Positions 52,601 to 64,000 of a stretch of 64,000 nt of DNA are shown here, in pieces (within the stretch, counting starts at the first letter, position 1; each line of letters starts with the position of its first letter). The stretch comes from Ascidiella aspersa (lineage: Eukaryota). The notes below the pieces were generated by a model. The model saw only the letters and a list, made by a program, of their open reading frames with translations, ran no database searches and was not told the DNA's origin. The DNA is taken from assembly GCA_963924565.1 (NCBI GenBank), contig OZ004607.1:32178001-32242000 (forward strand). The letters run 5' to 3'. The position numbers and the translations under genes are program-made.

Positions 52601-55600
52601 ACCAAGGGTGTCGTAAGAGGTTGTCTGGGGTAATACAATTTGGCTCGCCGTGTACAATTCGGTAATACAATTTGGTTTGTATATATGTTTGATAAAACAG
52701 CTCTACTGAAATAATTATGCCGATTTTTTTTGAAAAAAGTATAAAATGTGGCACCTGTTGACATTGTTGAAGTAGAGGTGTCAAGTTGATATCCTTGCAT
52801 GGTTTCTGAAATGTATTTTTTGCTATGTTAGCAAGCAGTTAAAAGTACTTTAAAAAGATTGTGTAAGTCATAGCGATAAACACCCAAAAGCATCTTTCTA
52901 AATCCGAGGGAAAAGTAATCAAGTTAATACATTACATAACTATTAACTATCCTTCTACAAGTCTCACCAAAAATACCAGAAAACATTTGAATAATTCACG
53001 TATACACAAAAACCAGTGTCATCACCTTGGCCACTGTATTCTTCCACCTCTTCATTTGATTCGAATCTTTCTCGTTGAAATGGATAAGGATCAGAAGGAT
53101 GCGATAAAGGTTCTAAACAAATGCAAAACAATTTTCAAAAACGTGACCACTTTTAATGGTGAAAATAACGGCCCAAATAGACGTTAAAAGCGACATGCTT
53201 TATTTTCAAACGTTTCGGCAATTTCTAATGCCATCATCAGTGATATGAAGGCCACATCGGTTGCACCCGTTTATACACACTTTGGTCGCACCAAGAAATG
53301 ATAAGAATGATAAAAAAGTGCAAAACAAGCGTCGCAAAAAGATGGATAAAAAGGTGCGCAGAAAAAACGAGGAGTGAGGTGTAAGCCACCTGCGAAATAC
53401 AATACAATAACAAGCAAAGAAACAAAGACACAATAGTAGGACAGTACGTCACATCAGAAATACCCAATAAGTTAATTAAGTATTGAACAGATACAGAGGA
53501 ATACATACAGAGGAATTAAATGTCGCTTTTAACGTCTATTTGGGCCGTTATTTTCACCATTAAACTTATGAACAGATCCGTATATAGTGTGACCACTTTT
53601 ATCAATTAAAAGAAAGCAAGAACTCTACTTCACAGGGTGCAACTTTATCGTGGTGGTTTGTCAGATTTAAAACATTTAAAAAAAAACTCTTTAACTAGTT
53701 TTTCTGCGTCTTTTAAACTTCAGCTTTGTCCTAGTGAAACTTGACCTTGGCAACTGTATGTACGCAACAAAGACCTACTTGAAAAACTACGAGAATAAAA
53801 TGTATTGATGTTTATTGTAAGTGAAATTAGCCTTAATACTACAATCCCTGGTGAAAATTATCTAACCAGGTTTGATTCTCAGGAAAATGTTGGAGGTCAA
53901 ACCACTTGTAAGTGGAGTAATGTCATTAATGGAAAACTTCAGCTTTGTAACTTTGCTGCGAAATGTCGCTTTAGGTTTCACATAAAAATGAGCAAACAGA
54001 AAAAACCATTTTCGTATGCGTTTACTCGCGCTTGTGCCTTTTCATGCATTTTAATTGTTTTCATTTAAACTTTGAGCTGATAAAGCACGGTTGTGCGAAA
54101 GCTTGTCGAGAATTCAACACAATTTGTCACTATATAGTGCCACCTGATTCATCCACAAAAGAAACAAGTCCGGGCAAAGAGACGGATAAAAAGAAAATAT
54201 CTTGGCTAAAAATAACCACCTGACTCGAATCCAACGCCTTCCAAAACGCGGCCGCGAGAATCGTCGCGATAACCCTCCTCTCCGTCATCCGGATAAACCT
54301 GGCCTTCATACTCTTCCACCAACCCCTCGTCGTCGAAGCCAACACCGCGGCCATCTTGAACAGGCTCGCTAATCAACCGAGTGGAGAGGACTGAAGAAGG
54401 CCGCTGCTGCTTATGATTTTCGACGAGTTCTTCTTCGTCCACAACTGTCCCGTCGGACGAGTTACTCTGGGCCTCGCTGTCGGCCGGGCTGCTCGGGTAG
54501 GATCGCACGCGGCAGGATATTACAGATGACGCTGATGAGTAGCCATCCAACGCTAAACCTTCCTCGTCCGATGTTAACGCTGGGGGTTGTTGCTTTTTAA
54601 TGAGGCTGGTGCGAGGTTTCGGAGTCGGGGCTTTGGGTTTTGGAGGGGATCTCTCTTTTTTTGCTGGATCGCTAGGGATATCGGGTTTATGCTCGCGTCT
54701 TGATCTGTAGGAATCGCCCTTCTTGTCTTCCTGTACGTCTACAATGGTGTGAGCCTTCCTTTCAGCTCGCTGTTTTTTTGGTGTGTCGTTCGGCGGAAGG
54801 CTCCTGTAGTCTTCCGATTGATATTCTAGATAGATCAGGGCTTTAAAAAATGTGGTACTTTAGTGTAAAACGGAGTAGTTTTAGGGGGTATAAGAATGTC
54901 ACTAAAAATCCTGGTGTTTACCTCAAAATATATGTTCGACCTATACAGCAAATCCAAATGTTTTATGACGTCATCTCTAAAAATATTTTTATGCCGGCCT
55001 ATGTTTCACTTGCAAACCAAAAATATTTTTAAAGGTCCGTGTTGAAAGAGTTTAAGAACCCCTGGCAAAGAGACACAAAGGATGTGTCTTTCTTGTACTG
55101 GGGGCCACAGTGACGTGGTATAACCATAAAACATTTTGTGTTCAATGAGCGTCAAGTTTATTTGAAGTACATATATTTGTTTCATGAAAATTACACATGA
55201 ACGTCGCGCTGGTTAGCTATTAGTTATATCTTCGGTGGTTGATTTGAAATACAGTGGTCTTTATCATCAACCTTGTAATATGTTAATAATAGGAAACAAT
55301 TCATTTTACGTCCTAATGCTTAATATTACCAGAAGCGCTGGCGAAATCCCTGTTTCCAGCTGGTTGAGAAGCAACCGATTCAAAAATAGAATTGGCAGGT
55401 TCACCCTTGATTGATTGGACACCCTCTAAAAAATAAAACAAGTTTAAAACATTGGAATGTTACCACTCGGCAAGCTGTCGTGGCGTAACCAAAATTATTT
55501 TCTACCTGAAGTAGAGATTATGTCTAGCTAGGCTGTAAAATACCTTCAAAAAAGTCTGAATTATTCCTCAAAAATCGATTCCTATATTACCTTACATTCT

Positions 55601-58600
55601 TCCATCCCACATACTATATAATTTAATAACATATTGCATTTTTAAATATCAAACGACAAAGAATATATCATTGCCGCACTACAAGATATGTAATCTAAAG
55701 TCGTTGTACAGTAGTCTACAATATGTTGTGTAAAAGCCGTTGTCTAAATTTTACAGTTTTCTTGCAAAACTTCAATAAGCGAAACTAACTCTAGCCTTGC
55801 ATACGACAAATCAGTTCTCTGTCTAAGTGTAAAAAACTTGATCATCTTCACTAATTTGAAAAACTCATGTGAGTTTTATGATATCCAGGAGATATTTAAG
55901 GAAGCAAAATCAATTTATTTTCGTGTTTTAGTCTTATTATTACCAGAAGCGCTTGCAAATTCTTGGTTCCCAGCTGGATAAGAAGCAACCGATTCGAAAA
56001 TGGAATTTGCAGGTTCGCCCTTGATTGATTGGACACCCTCTAAAAATAAAACAGACGAATCAAGAAAACATCAATTATTATCTATTATAAAAAGTAACGG
56101 GTTAAAATAGCGGTCGGCAACCACCGGTCAGCGAGTAGTTTTTTACCGGTGGTCCGTCGGTCTATACCAGTGGTTCTCAACCTTTTATGCTCCGTGGCCC
56201 CCTTTGATAGACTCTTAACTCTCGTGGCCTAATGATTAGGCGAAGGTTATCGGCCAGTAGTTAGTCGCGGGAAAATACGCCAACGCCGCATATATGGCTG
56301 CATTTGAAGCTGCAGCACAGTAATTGTTTCGCCACAGAGATAGGCACAGATAGGCTGCGTTAATCCAAATTTTCCGCGATAAAACGAATAAATTATATCG
56401 TTTTCAATTACCCGATATAAACGGAAGAACTTTTGTAATACCATGACCTAGGTTGAGAGTTATGCCCTTGGCCCCCCAATCACCGCTCCGTGGTCCCCCA
56501 GGGGGGCCGAGGGCCACGGTTGAGAAACGCTGGCGTATACTGTTTTTAGTGTCGGCCGGTCTTTCGCACTTTTCTAATATTTTATGTTTTTCTCTGGCGT
56601 TGTTATATTTTGTCTTATTACGTGCTTTTAAAACCTGTTGTGGCGAAACAAGCTCAAGGTTCTCTTTGAATAAAAGTTGCATTAAATTTTATTAAATTTA
56701 CATGACTGAAGATTTGTTGTTTTTTGGCCGGTCCGGATTAAAATTTTAATTTTAAACGGGTCCGTAGTGCAATAAAAGTTACGGACCCGTGGGTTAAAGC
56801 AACATATATCAGTAACTTTATTTGCTTTCACGTAGTAGAAATGCAGAAGCCTATGCACGCAATACAAAAACCTTGTATTCGCCCGAATCTGATAATTGCC
56901 TTTGCATAGTTAAATCGACAAAACTTTTTACGCCGTCTTTAACAAGGTAACACAGACACCACACAAAAATATATATACTGTAAGATGCCCGATTATTGGG
57001 CCCCCTTCTAGGGTAGTTCTATAAATATAATAAAATCTTTAAATCAAATTACCGGATGCACTTGCAAAGTCCATGTAATTGGTAAAGTGAGAAGCCAGCG
57101 ATCCGAAAATAGATTCTGGAGCTTCCTCTTTGATGGGAAATTGAGATTCGTCTGTAAAAATGGAAAATAAATAACATAGGGTGTTTAATTAACGATATTT
57201 CATTGGGGAGATTAAAGCATCTCGTAACACGGTATATTCTTGGGCCACTAAAAGTATTTACAATCAGAATACCTAAAGTATTCACAATTGGACTTTAAAA
57301 GTGTTGTTTACGTGTATTGTACGAACTTTTCAGGTTTACATATTGCAAAGCAAAATGTAACAATTTTTTCGATATTTTTTTCGGTAAAAACACAATCAAA
57401 TAAATATGCACGGTTGTTGGTTGGAGATTAATGTCCCATAGACGAAATGTCAATGATTGGCAAGATATGCCATACCATCACAGAACGGAAAAATTATATT
57501 TTACGGCTACAAAGTTCAAATCGCATTTTATACCTTGTTTTGTGTTGGTTTCTGGCGCTGAATCGAGCGATTCAAAACGCGCTGTTGGACTGTCTGAAAA
57601 GTTAGAACAGTGTTTCTCAACATATAGGTCTTCTTAACCAAGAACGGGTTGGCCGACTGTAGTATTGTTCTATATGGTTAGATTTCTTAGATTGGTTCGT
57701 AGCATGATTTCTAAAATACTTTACAAAATTACAAGCATTTCAAAGACTTGGTAATATTAATTAAATTACAACTGATTTATGCCAATGTCTGTTTTGTTCG
57801 CTTACAAAAATCTCAGTGCAGAAAATTGGGTCGTTTCATCCTACAAAACTTCTAAAACAAATTTTGGCCACACCTGGCCTATATAGTCAATTTTGCAAAA
57901 AAATACGGTTTTAAATTGATGTTTGAACAAACGGTTTTAAATTGATATTTGAACAAACGGTTTAAAATTGATATTTGAACAAAAAAGTCGGAAAACAGCC
58001 AAACCCACACTATCAAAAGCGCAAACCGTACTTACCTCGATAAGAAGCGGTCACAGGTATCGGAGTGTCAGACATTACTCCCTTTCTAGGCGCGGACCTT
58101 CGCTTGGAAGTTGCCTTGTCCGACAGTTTTTTCGGCTTCTTGGTGCGCTGCTTTATATTGGTGTAGAAAGTGGGCAGGAGCGTTTTGCTGTCCAGGCTCA
58201 CGCTGTCTACGTCCGAAGTGCGTGAAGTCGACGAATTTGTGGGTGTGTAATCGTAGCCGCGTAGAAACGAGCTCGAAGTGGATCCGGTGTTTGCTTCTGA
58301 AGAAGCCTCGCTCCCCTTGCTCCATTTTTCGGCCGTTCGATTGCTGGTGATGTCGGGGCGGAATTGCACGGTTGGAGCTTTTTTTTGGTCACTCGTGTCG
58401 GCCTCGGTGGTTGATAAAAATTCGCTGGTTATAGATGGGGCGGGTGGAGGCACGGCCTTTTTCAGGAAACCGCCAAATTTGAAACCGAGCAGCTTTCGCT
58501 TAATAGACGGAGGGCTTTGTAGCTTGTTATCTCGTTGGCTGAAATCTGAAGATTCGCTTGTCGTGGAGAGACCGTAGCGCTTGTTATCTCGTTCGTTGAA

Positions 58601-61600
58601 ATCCGAAGATTCGCTTGTCGTGGAGAGACCGTAGCGGGCGTCTTCTACTTTAGCTTTCTTGGGGGCAATATCCTCACTCAATTTTCGGGTCTTGTTTTCA
58701 CGCAAAGAATCTTGCTCGCTGCTATCGTACGAATCCAAAGACAAGTCCAGCATTTTGGCAATGTCTTCCGGCTGTGCAGACAAGACCGAAGAGTCTGGGG
58801 TGAACTCGCGCCCACACAAACCATCGGCCGTCATTTTTTTGCCGCTCGCTTTCGCGTGCCTGCATTTTCCCGTCTGTCGCTCAACGCACTCCATACCGTC
58901 AAAGTACTTTTCCTTGCCGATTTCGACCGGCTTTGAAGCGTTGAGCGCTTCGCTTTCGTCCTTTCGAATCTCCTCCTGTTTTTTGCTGAACTTTTTCGGA
59001 ACGGCCTTGAGAAAGCCGAACATCTTGAGCTTAACGGCGGGCGCCGTCTTTTCCACGTTCTTGTAGTAGGCAGGCAGCAGTTTATAGCTGTCCACGCTGA
59101 CGCTGTCGGCCTCGGAACTGCGCGATGTCGTGGAACTGGATGGGGTGTAGTCGAGCCCGTGCAACAAGGAACTGGAAGTGGTCAGGTCGGTAGATCCTCC
59201 GTGACGCGCCTTTTTGTGTTTCTGCATATGTGACGATCCGGTAGAAGTGTCAGAGTCTTCATTGCGCGGTTTGGTTAGCATTCTAATCTCAAGCGAACTG
59301 GACAAATCGCTTTCAGTCCCGTCGTATTTCGCGCCGCGCTTATAAGCATCGCTTGAACCACCGTCTGCGGTCCTGAGACCTTGCCAGTTGGAAGAGGCAA
59401 CTGTCTCGTAGCCGCCTGGCACCGAACCGACTGATGTAAGCTCATCATCTGCAGTTCTTACACCGGAACGCTCGTCTAAAAAGTCCCGTGCGTGGTAGTA
59501 CACGTCACTGGCGACGGCGGCCGCGGTAACCTCTTCAACTGGCGACCCAAAGCGTTGCGTCACAGCAGTTGCGGCAGCCGTTCCTAGTCGAAACAGGTAA
59601 CCTGCTACGTCACACGACTGGGCGTTTGCAACTGAGGAAGTCTGTTCGCTTCCTGCTCCAAATGTCGGCGGACTTGATGTTCCAGCAACAGCGCCGGCAT
59701 CTTGACCTAGAGATCTCGGACTCTGGCGCTCTCCGGAGGTCTGCATCCCGGATTCAGGATAGCCTCTTGATCCTGGATGCTGGAGCGGAGCCGCTGAAAC
59801 CTCTCCACCATCCTTGGTTAAGATTTGCTGATCGCCTCGGAGTAGACTAGAGGGTAAAGCAATTTGGTTATCACCTTGAACACCAGGGCCTACCGTAACA
59901 TCGCGACTGAACGGAATAGCGTTTTCCTGTGTTCCTGTATTTGCTGGATAAGCGAGCTGGTTCCCGGTGAGCCAGGCATGAACCAGAGCATCAGACTTTA
60001 CGTTTTCGGTATTCGACGCTGTGACCGAAACTTCAGGGTGCTCTTGCGACATTTCGCGAGGGCCTTTGCCTTTTTGCAGCGGCGCTGGATTATCGCCGTT
60101 GAATAAACTGTCGCCAGCTTGGATCTTTCCCACTTTTGCAAGGTGCTTCTTCATAAAGTCGACCGCGCTGGACGACACTTCACTCTGGCTGCTTTCCTCT
60201 AAAGCCGACTCCCTTCTGGATTGCTGCAGTCGCCTCAGAAAACTGGATTTCGGCGACGAAGGACAGCTCAGGCTACTGCTTTCACGATGACGCGGATCTA
60301 GGAGGTGGCTTTTGACGTTGCTTATCCTTCTCCTAGTTTCGTCCAGTGATTGATCCGCCGCCGTTTGCACAGCGACCGAAACAGCGGGACGCGTTTTTTT
60401 CGATCCGGCCTCCTTGCGAGCGAGACGCAGGAGCATTTCCGTCCTGGACCTGATTCTGTCCTCTTCTGCTTCTGGACCGTCCACGTCCAACATCCCTGCC
60501 TCTGTTGCTTTGATCAGCGCGCAATTGGCTTTGTACGTTTTCATTAAATCGGAAGCCTGAAAAAAAATAGAGGTAACAGCGCGTTTAAGAAAATTGCGAA
60601 CAAGGCGTTAAGATATTATTTGCGGCTATTGGTTAAATGTATTACAGGGTTTCTAAATCAGGGGGAGAGAGAGTTGTTTCAAGGTGTGCGCGGATTTTGA
60701 ATTGCACACAGAAAACGTATTACTGTGATTTATTTCTTTGTTCAGTTAAATTTAAAACTAACTCACATTTTTGGTGTTGTGTTACTGTGTTATCAGTTAC
60801 TTGTATAAGGTAAAATTACAACAGTTTTGTTTTTTATGCAATTCTAGAAAGGGTTGCGAGAATAGGTTGGTGATTTACAGCAAGGAAAAAAGTTAGGAGC
60901 TACTGTGTTAATATGGTTGTATCTGGATCTATAACTGTTCCGACAAGATCATTTGTTGACATTTTCAACATCACAAGATCAAAAATGAAACTACCGACGT
61001 TTAAAAAGATCTAAATAGCGATATTTAATTGAATACTGCAGTATGCCATGCAGAACAATACCACTTCTGCTAAAACGGTGAAAAAATACAATAACGAATT
61101 AATTGAGTTTTATTTATAAATATATATATTGTTTATATATATCCTTTTGATAAATATTACTAAGCCTGGTAGCAACAGTTTATACATAGATTGCTTGTTG
61201 GAATTTAATGATAACGTCATATACTGTAATATCCTGTTAATAAAAACAGCTGTTTTTTTAACCTTTTGTCTCTTTTTTCAATATTTAGAACTTCGGCAAT
61301 AGTACTAATCCAAAGAGTGTCAGAGTAAAAATGTTACAAGACAAGAAAAACTGATAACCTACCAGAAATTGTAATTATGGTAAAAGATAAACGAAACTGT
61401 ACAAGAGTGTACAATGTACATATACCGCCACGCTGACAATACACCGCTAAAACGCAATTGCTCATCACCACATAACAATATTCTAAAGCTGTCGACCAAG
61501 TTACCTCATGTTGCAGGTTGATTTCGGGTGTTATCAATCCAAGTTGTTTCATGGCTAGGATACACAGAGCTTCGAGCAAGTAACCCAAAGTGGACATGAC

Positions 61601-63855
61601 GATTGCTGTCTGTAGTGCAACGTCAACCAGAAATCTGACACGGAAAAGTATTACATGTTTTACTTCAGGAAAGTACCTCACTGGAGATGTCAAAAATATT
61701 GTGGTAATAACCTACTTCTAACCGTGCTATGCTATTTTTATGTAGGGTTTTAACTGTTTCTTTCTCTCAAAAAAATTAGCAACATCGATCTAGGTCTGTG
61801 ATGTGCTACACATTGAGTATACTATACTTGTACGTAGGGTTATAAACTTTTAAAACTAAAGGTACGGTGCATAAGGCAAAAGGTCTACGATTTTATCAAT
61901 CATTCTTCGATCTATATACCAGTACTTTGTAACCCTTGGGTCCTAGTTTGGTTGGATACCCGAGCGCAGTATAGCTTACATCAGCGTGGTCAAAGTTGGC
62001 CCGCGAGGTCAGCTTTTTTGGCCCGCGAACTGATAGTCAGCTTTGGTTCAATCTGGCAATATCACTTCAATCTTTGTATTTTAATTTTTGGTGTTGAAAT
62101 TATTTCATAACTACCGTAACTGAACAAAGGTATACATTCCATAAAGTTAGTATATATGCCATAGACTATGTATAATTTGCCAGCAATAAGCCTAAGAATC
62201 GCAAAATGAACTTCTCATCGAGAAAAAAAAATAACACACAAAAACAATCCAACAAGCACGCGTGCACTTACACAGCTTCGGATCCGGTCCGATTGGCAGC
62301 CACCAGATAGTGACTGGCGTACAACATGACGCCCGACAGAAGGACAAGACACGCGGTGAGTGCTGCAGCTGGTGTAAGTGCAAGCGATGGTTGAAGACTG
62401 CTCTGTGGTAGAAGGTTGTCCGGGTGCGGGTAGATTGTACGTCTACCGCTTGCAAGGGTGGTCATCGATTGTCCGTCCACCTAGAATATCGCTGTTTAAT
62501 TATCTATATATGCTGAATATACTGCTGCAGCCAGGCATTGCATCAATTGTAAAACTTCACCGGAAGAACAGTTTCACAATTGATATCTCTTACAGTGTGC
62601 AGTATTTTGCCTCGCGCGCATGTGCCCCAACATTTTTCCGCGAGCTAGAAGAAAACTCACTCGGACACTTTTTTGGTCGTACGTAGATCGAATAAAACTA
62701 ATTTTGGGTACTTTGCAAAAAAACTTTCATAACAAAAAAAAAATTTAAAGTGCCCAAAAATGATAAAAAAATTTAAACTCAAGCTAATTTTAGGTTATAA
62801 AAGTGACATTCGTCGTGGTGTAGTAAAGCAGTGTTTATAAACGCTAATACTTAGCCACATCCCGCGGCAAATTATAAACTCCGAGGACGTGCAACAATAA
62901 TGTAAGGACTTGGTAAAAAAAATTATTAACAGAAAAAAAAATCTGAATATCTGAATATTAAACTTTGTGGAGCCCAAAGTTGTAATAAGGTAAAAATAAA
63001 TGCAATGGTAAAATTATTCTTCGAAATTCAGCGCAAGAAAAAAACTAAATTAGTTAATTGAAAAGTTGACAATATCTTTTTTTCCCCAAAAGGGTTTGGC
63101 TCGCCCTTGCCCAAAGCGAACGTTGAATTAAAAAAACAAGGTCGGTTGGTTAAAACTAGGTGTTAAAAACAAAATCTCAATCATATTGGCGTTTAAACCC
63201 AACTTACGTCCATGTTAGTCCCCAGCATTCCGGTGTTCGCGTCTCCACCTCCCCCATAACCTGCCAGCATCTCTCTAGCCCTGGCCCCTTTCTCCACAAC
63301 GGTTACAACAGAGGCGCCCGAACCTTCATCGCGTGAATTTAAGCTAACGTCGGCCCCTGATAGCAGCAACGTACTATCTGAGCTCGTATCGTAGGGGCTC
63401 AGAAACGAGCTGCCGTCGATACTTGGCGCTTGCTTCTTTAAAAACGCGGGCAAGTCGCTACTGCTGCTAGTCGTAAAGTCATCGCTTTTTTGGTGCTTGA
63501 GGATGCCCTTTGTCGGGCCTGCGAGTATATCCGAGCTGAGGTCTGTTGTGGTGCTGGTCAAGCTAGCCTCCCATGAAGGCTGGTTCTCAAAGTCGGACGC
63601 GCTACGTTCAGTCACCAAACTACTGAAATTGGAGTGAATTGACTTGAGTGTGCCCAGTTTGCGACTTTTCCTCGAGAAACGGTTTCCGGCGGCCGGTTTT
63701 GGATGTTCTGTGTCCATTTCCGCGACTGTTTGTCCATTTTGGTCGAGGTTTTGTTTCTTGGTCTTGTCCCCGGCCGAGGGATTTAGCATGAGAGGAGCGC
63801 TAGTGCTGTAAGGCATCTTTCTGTCCGCGTTTTTTCGCTCTCTCATCCAACCGAT
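49654..63855 (-). CDS. Uncharacterised ~1,640-aa Ser-rich protein with two predicted TM helices, 13 exons (5' end may extend beyond the window)
   Basis: Phase-consistent GT-AG exons, 5' to 3': 63855-63208, 62480-62272, 61634-61505, 60556-58036, 57593-57534, 57151-57053, 56039-55944, 55425-55330, 54825-54220, 52525-52322, 51236-51126, 50329-50237, 49703-49654 (last exon tentative). Total 4923 nt with no internal stop; first ATG at 63846. Hydrophobic stretches AAALTACLVLLSGVMLYA and VALQTAIVMSTLGYLLEALCILAM. No family recognised. Confidence 0.8.
51375..51701. mobile_element. hAT-type MITE, 327 bp
   Basis: TIRs cagcggttctcaacc / ggttgagaaccactg; perfect TSD atctagca; tgggccac repeats. Confidence 0.93.
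53152..53588 (-). mobile_element. Penelope-like element remnant: pseudo-LTR plus inverted partial pLTR and tail
   Basis: Perfect 45-bp inverted repeat (53152-53196 / 53520-53564) with a 24-nt one-sided extension. A 13-bp direct repeat gtgaccactttta flanks it (53143-53155, 53589-53601). The minus strand reads splice acceptor, TATAAA, hammerhead core, AATAAA. Confidence 0.8.
53197..53252 (-). ncRNA. Minimal type I hammerhead ribozyme
   Basis: Minus strand: uca CUGAUGA U GGCA uuagaaau UGCC GAAAC GUU uga. Complete core, 4-bp helix II, loopless palindromic helix III (AACGUU), GUU cleavage triplet, helix I UCA/UGA with imperfect extension. Confidence 0.8.
54836..55064. mobile_element. Degenerate hAT-type MITE
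   Basis: cagggctttaaaaa / tttaagaacccctg; no clear TSD. Confidence 0.5.
56168..56532. mobile_element. hAT-type MITE, probably nested in an older element (~56108-56790)
   Basis: TIRs cagtggttctcaacc / ggttgagaaacgctg; TSD gtctatac/gcgtatac (6/8). Confidence 0.8.
57905..57982 (+). repeat. 26-bp tandem repeat, 3 copies
   Basis: acggttttaaattgatrtttgaacaa three times, intronic. Confidence 0.9.
58523..58636 (-). repeat. 57-bp in-frame coding tandem repeat, 2 copies
   Basis: Encodes RYGLSTTSESSDFNERDNK / RYGLSTTSESSDFSQRDNK. Confidence 0.92.
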
Positions 63856-64000
63856 CTGTGAACGTTTTTAAAGTATTGTTATTATTGTATATTTTGTTAT
63901 ATATGCACCAGTCGTTTACGTTTTGTCCATGTCATATAAAATTCAAATGGAATCAACTAGCTTTGAGACTGATAGAACAATTCTGGGCGTAGGCTAACTA

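Noticed and set aside
58086-60547. Multiple + strand and alternate-frame ORFs over the large exon
   Set aside because: Antisense or off-frame shadows of the 2.5-kb minus-strand exon.

Overview
AT-rich, intron-rich animal genomic DNA with GC-richer exons and dense hAT/Harbinger MITEs; an invertebrate, possibly a tunicate (inference only). Five protein-coding genes can be built by hand with consistent splice phases. (1) The last two exons of an unidentified + strand gene (815-2371). (2) A 7-exon, four-finger C2H2 gene whose fingers 2-4 carry WT1-diagnostic helices (4449-16382). (3) A FAM166/CIMIP2-like ciliary gene with a single coding exon (18644-19504). (4) A 13-exon ZDHHC17/HIP14 ankyrin palmitoyltransferase (29487-44506). 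(5) An unidentified ~1,640-aa minus-strand protein with two predicted TM helices and triplicated exons (49654-63855). A block of nested transposons at 20.5-28.2 kb includes a decayed hAT element and a non-autonomous LTR element with a tRNA-Trp PBS. The most notable observations are: a Penelope-like pseudo-LTR carrying a minimal hammerhead ribozyme, in sense orientation inside an intron of gene 5 (53143-53601); a DHYC variant of ZDHHC17 that has lost three of the four ligands of one zinc site; and a WT1-like gene with no KTS splice option. All coordinates were read by eye and may be off by a few bases. Reference sequences are recalled from memory; no database search was run.
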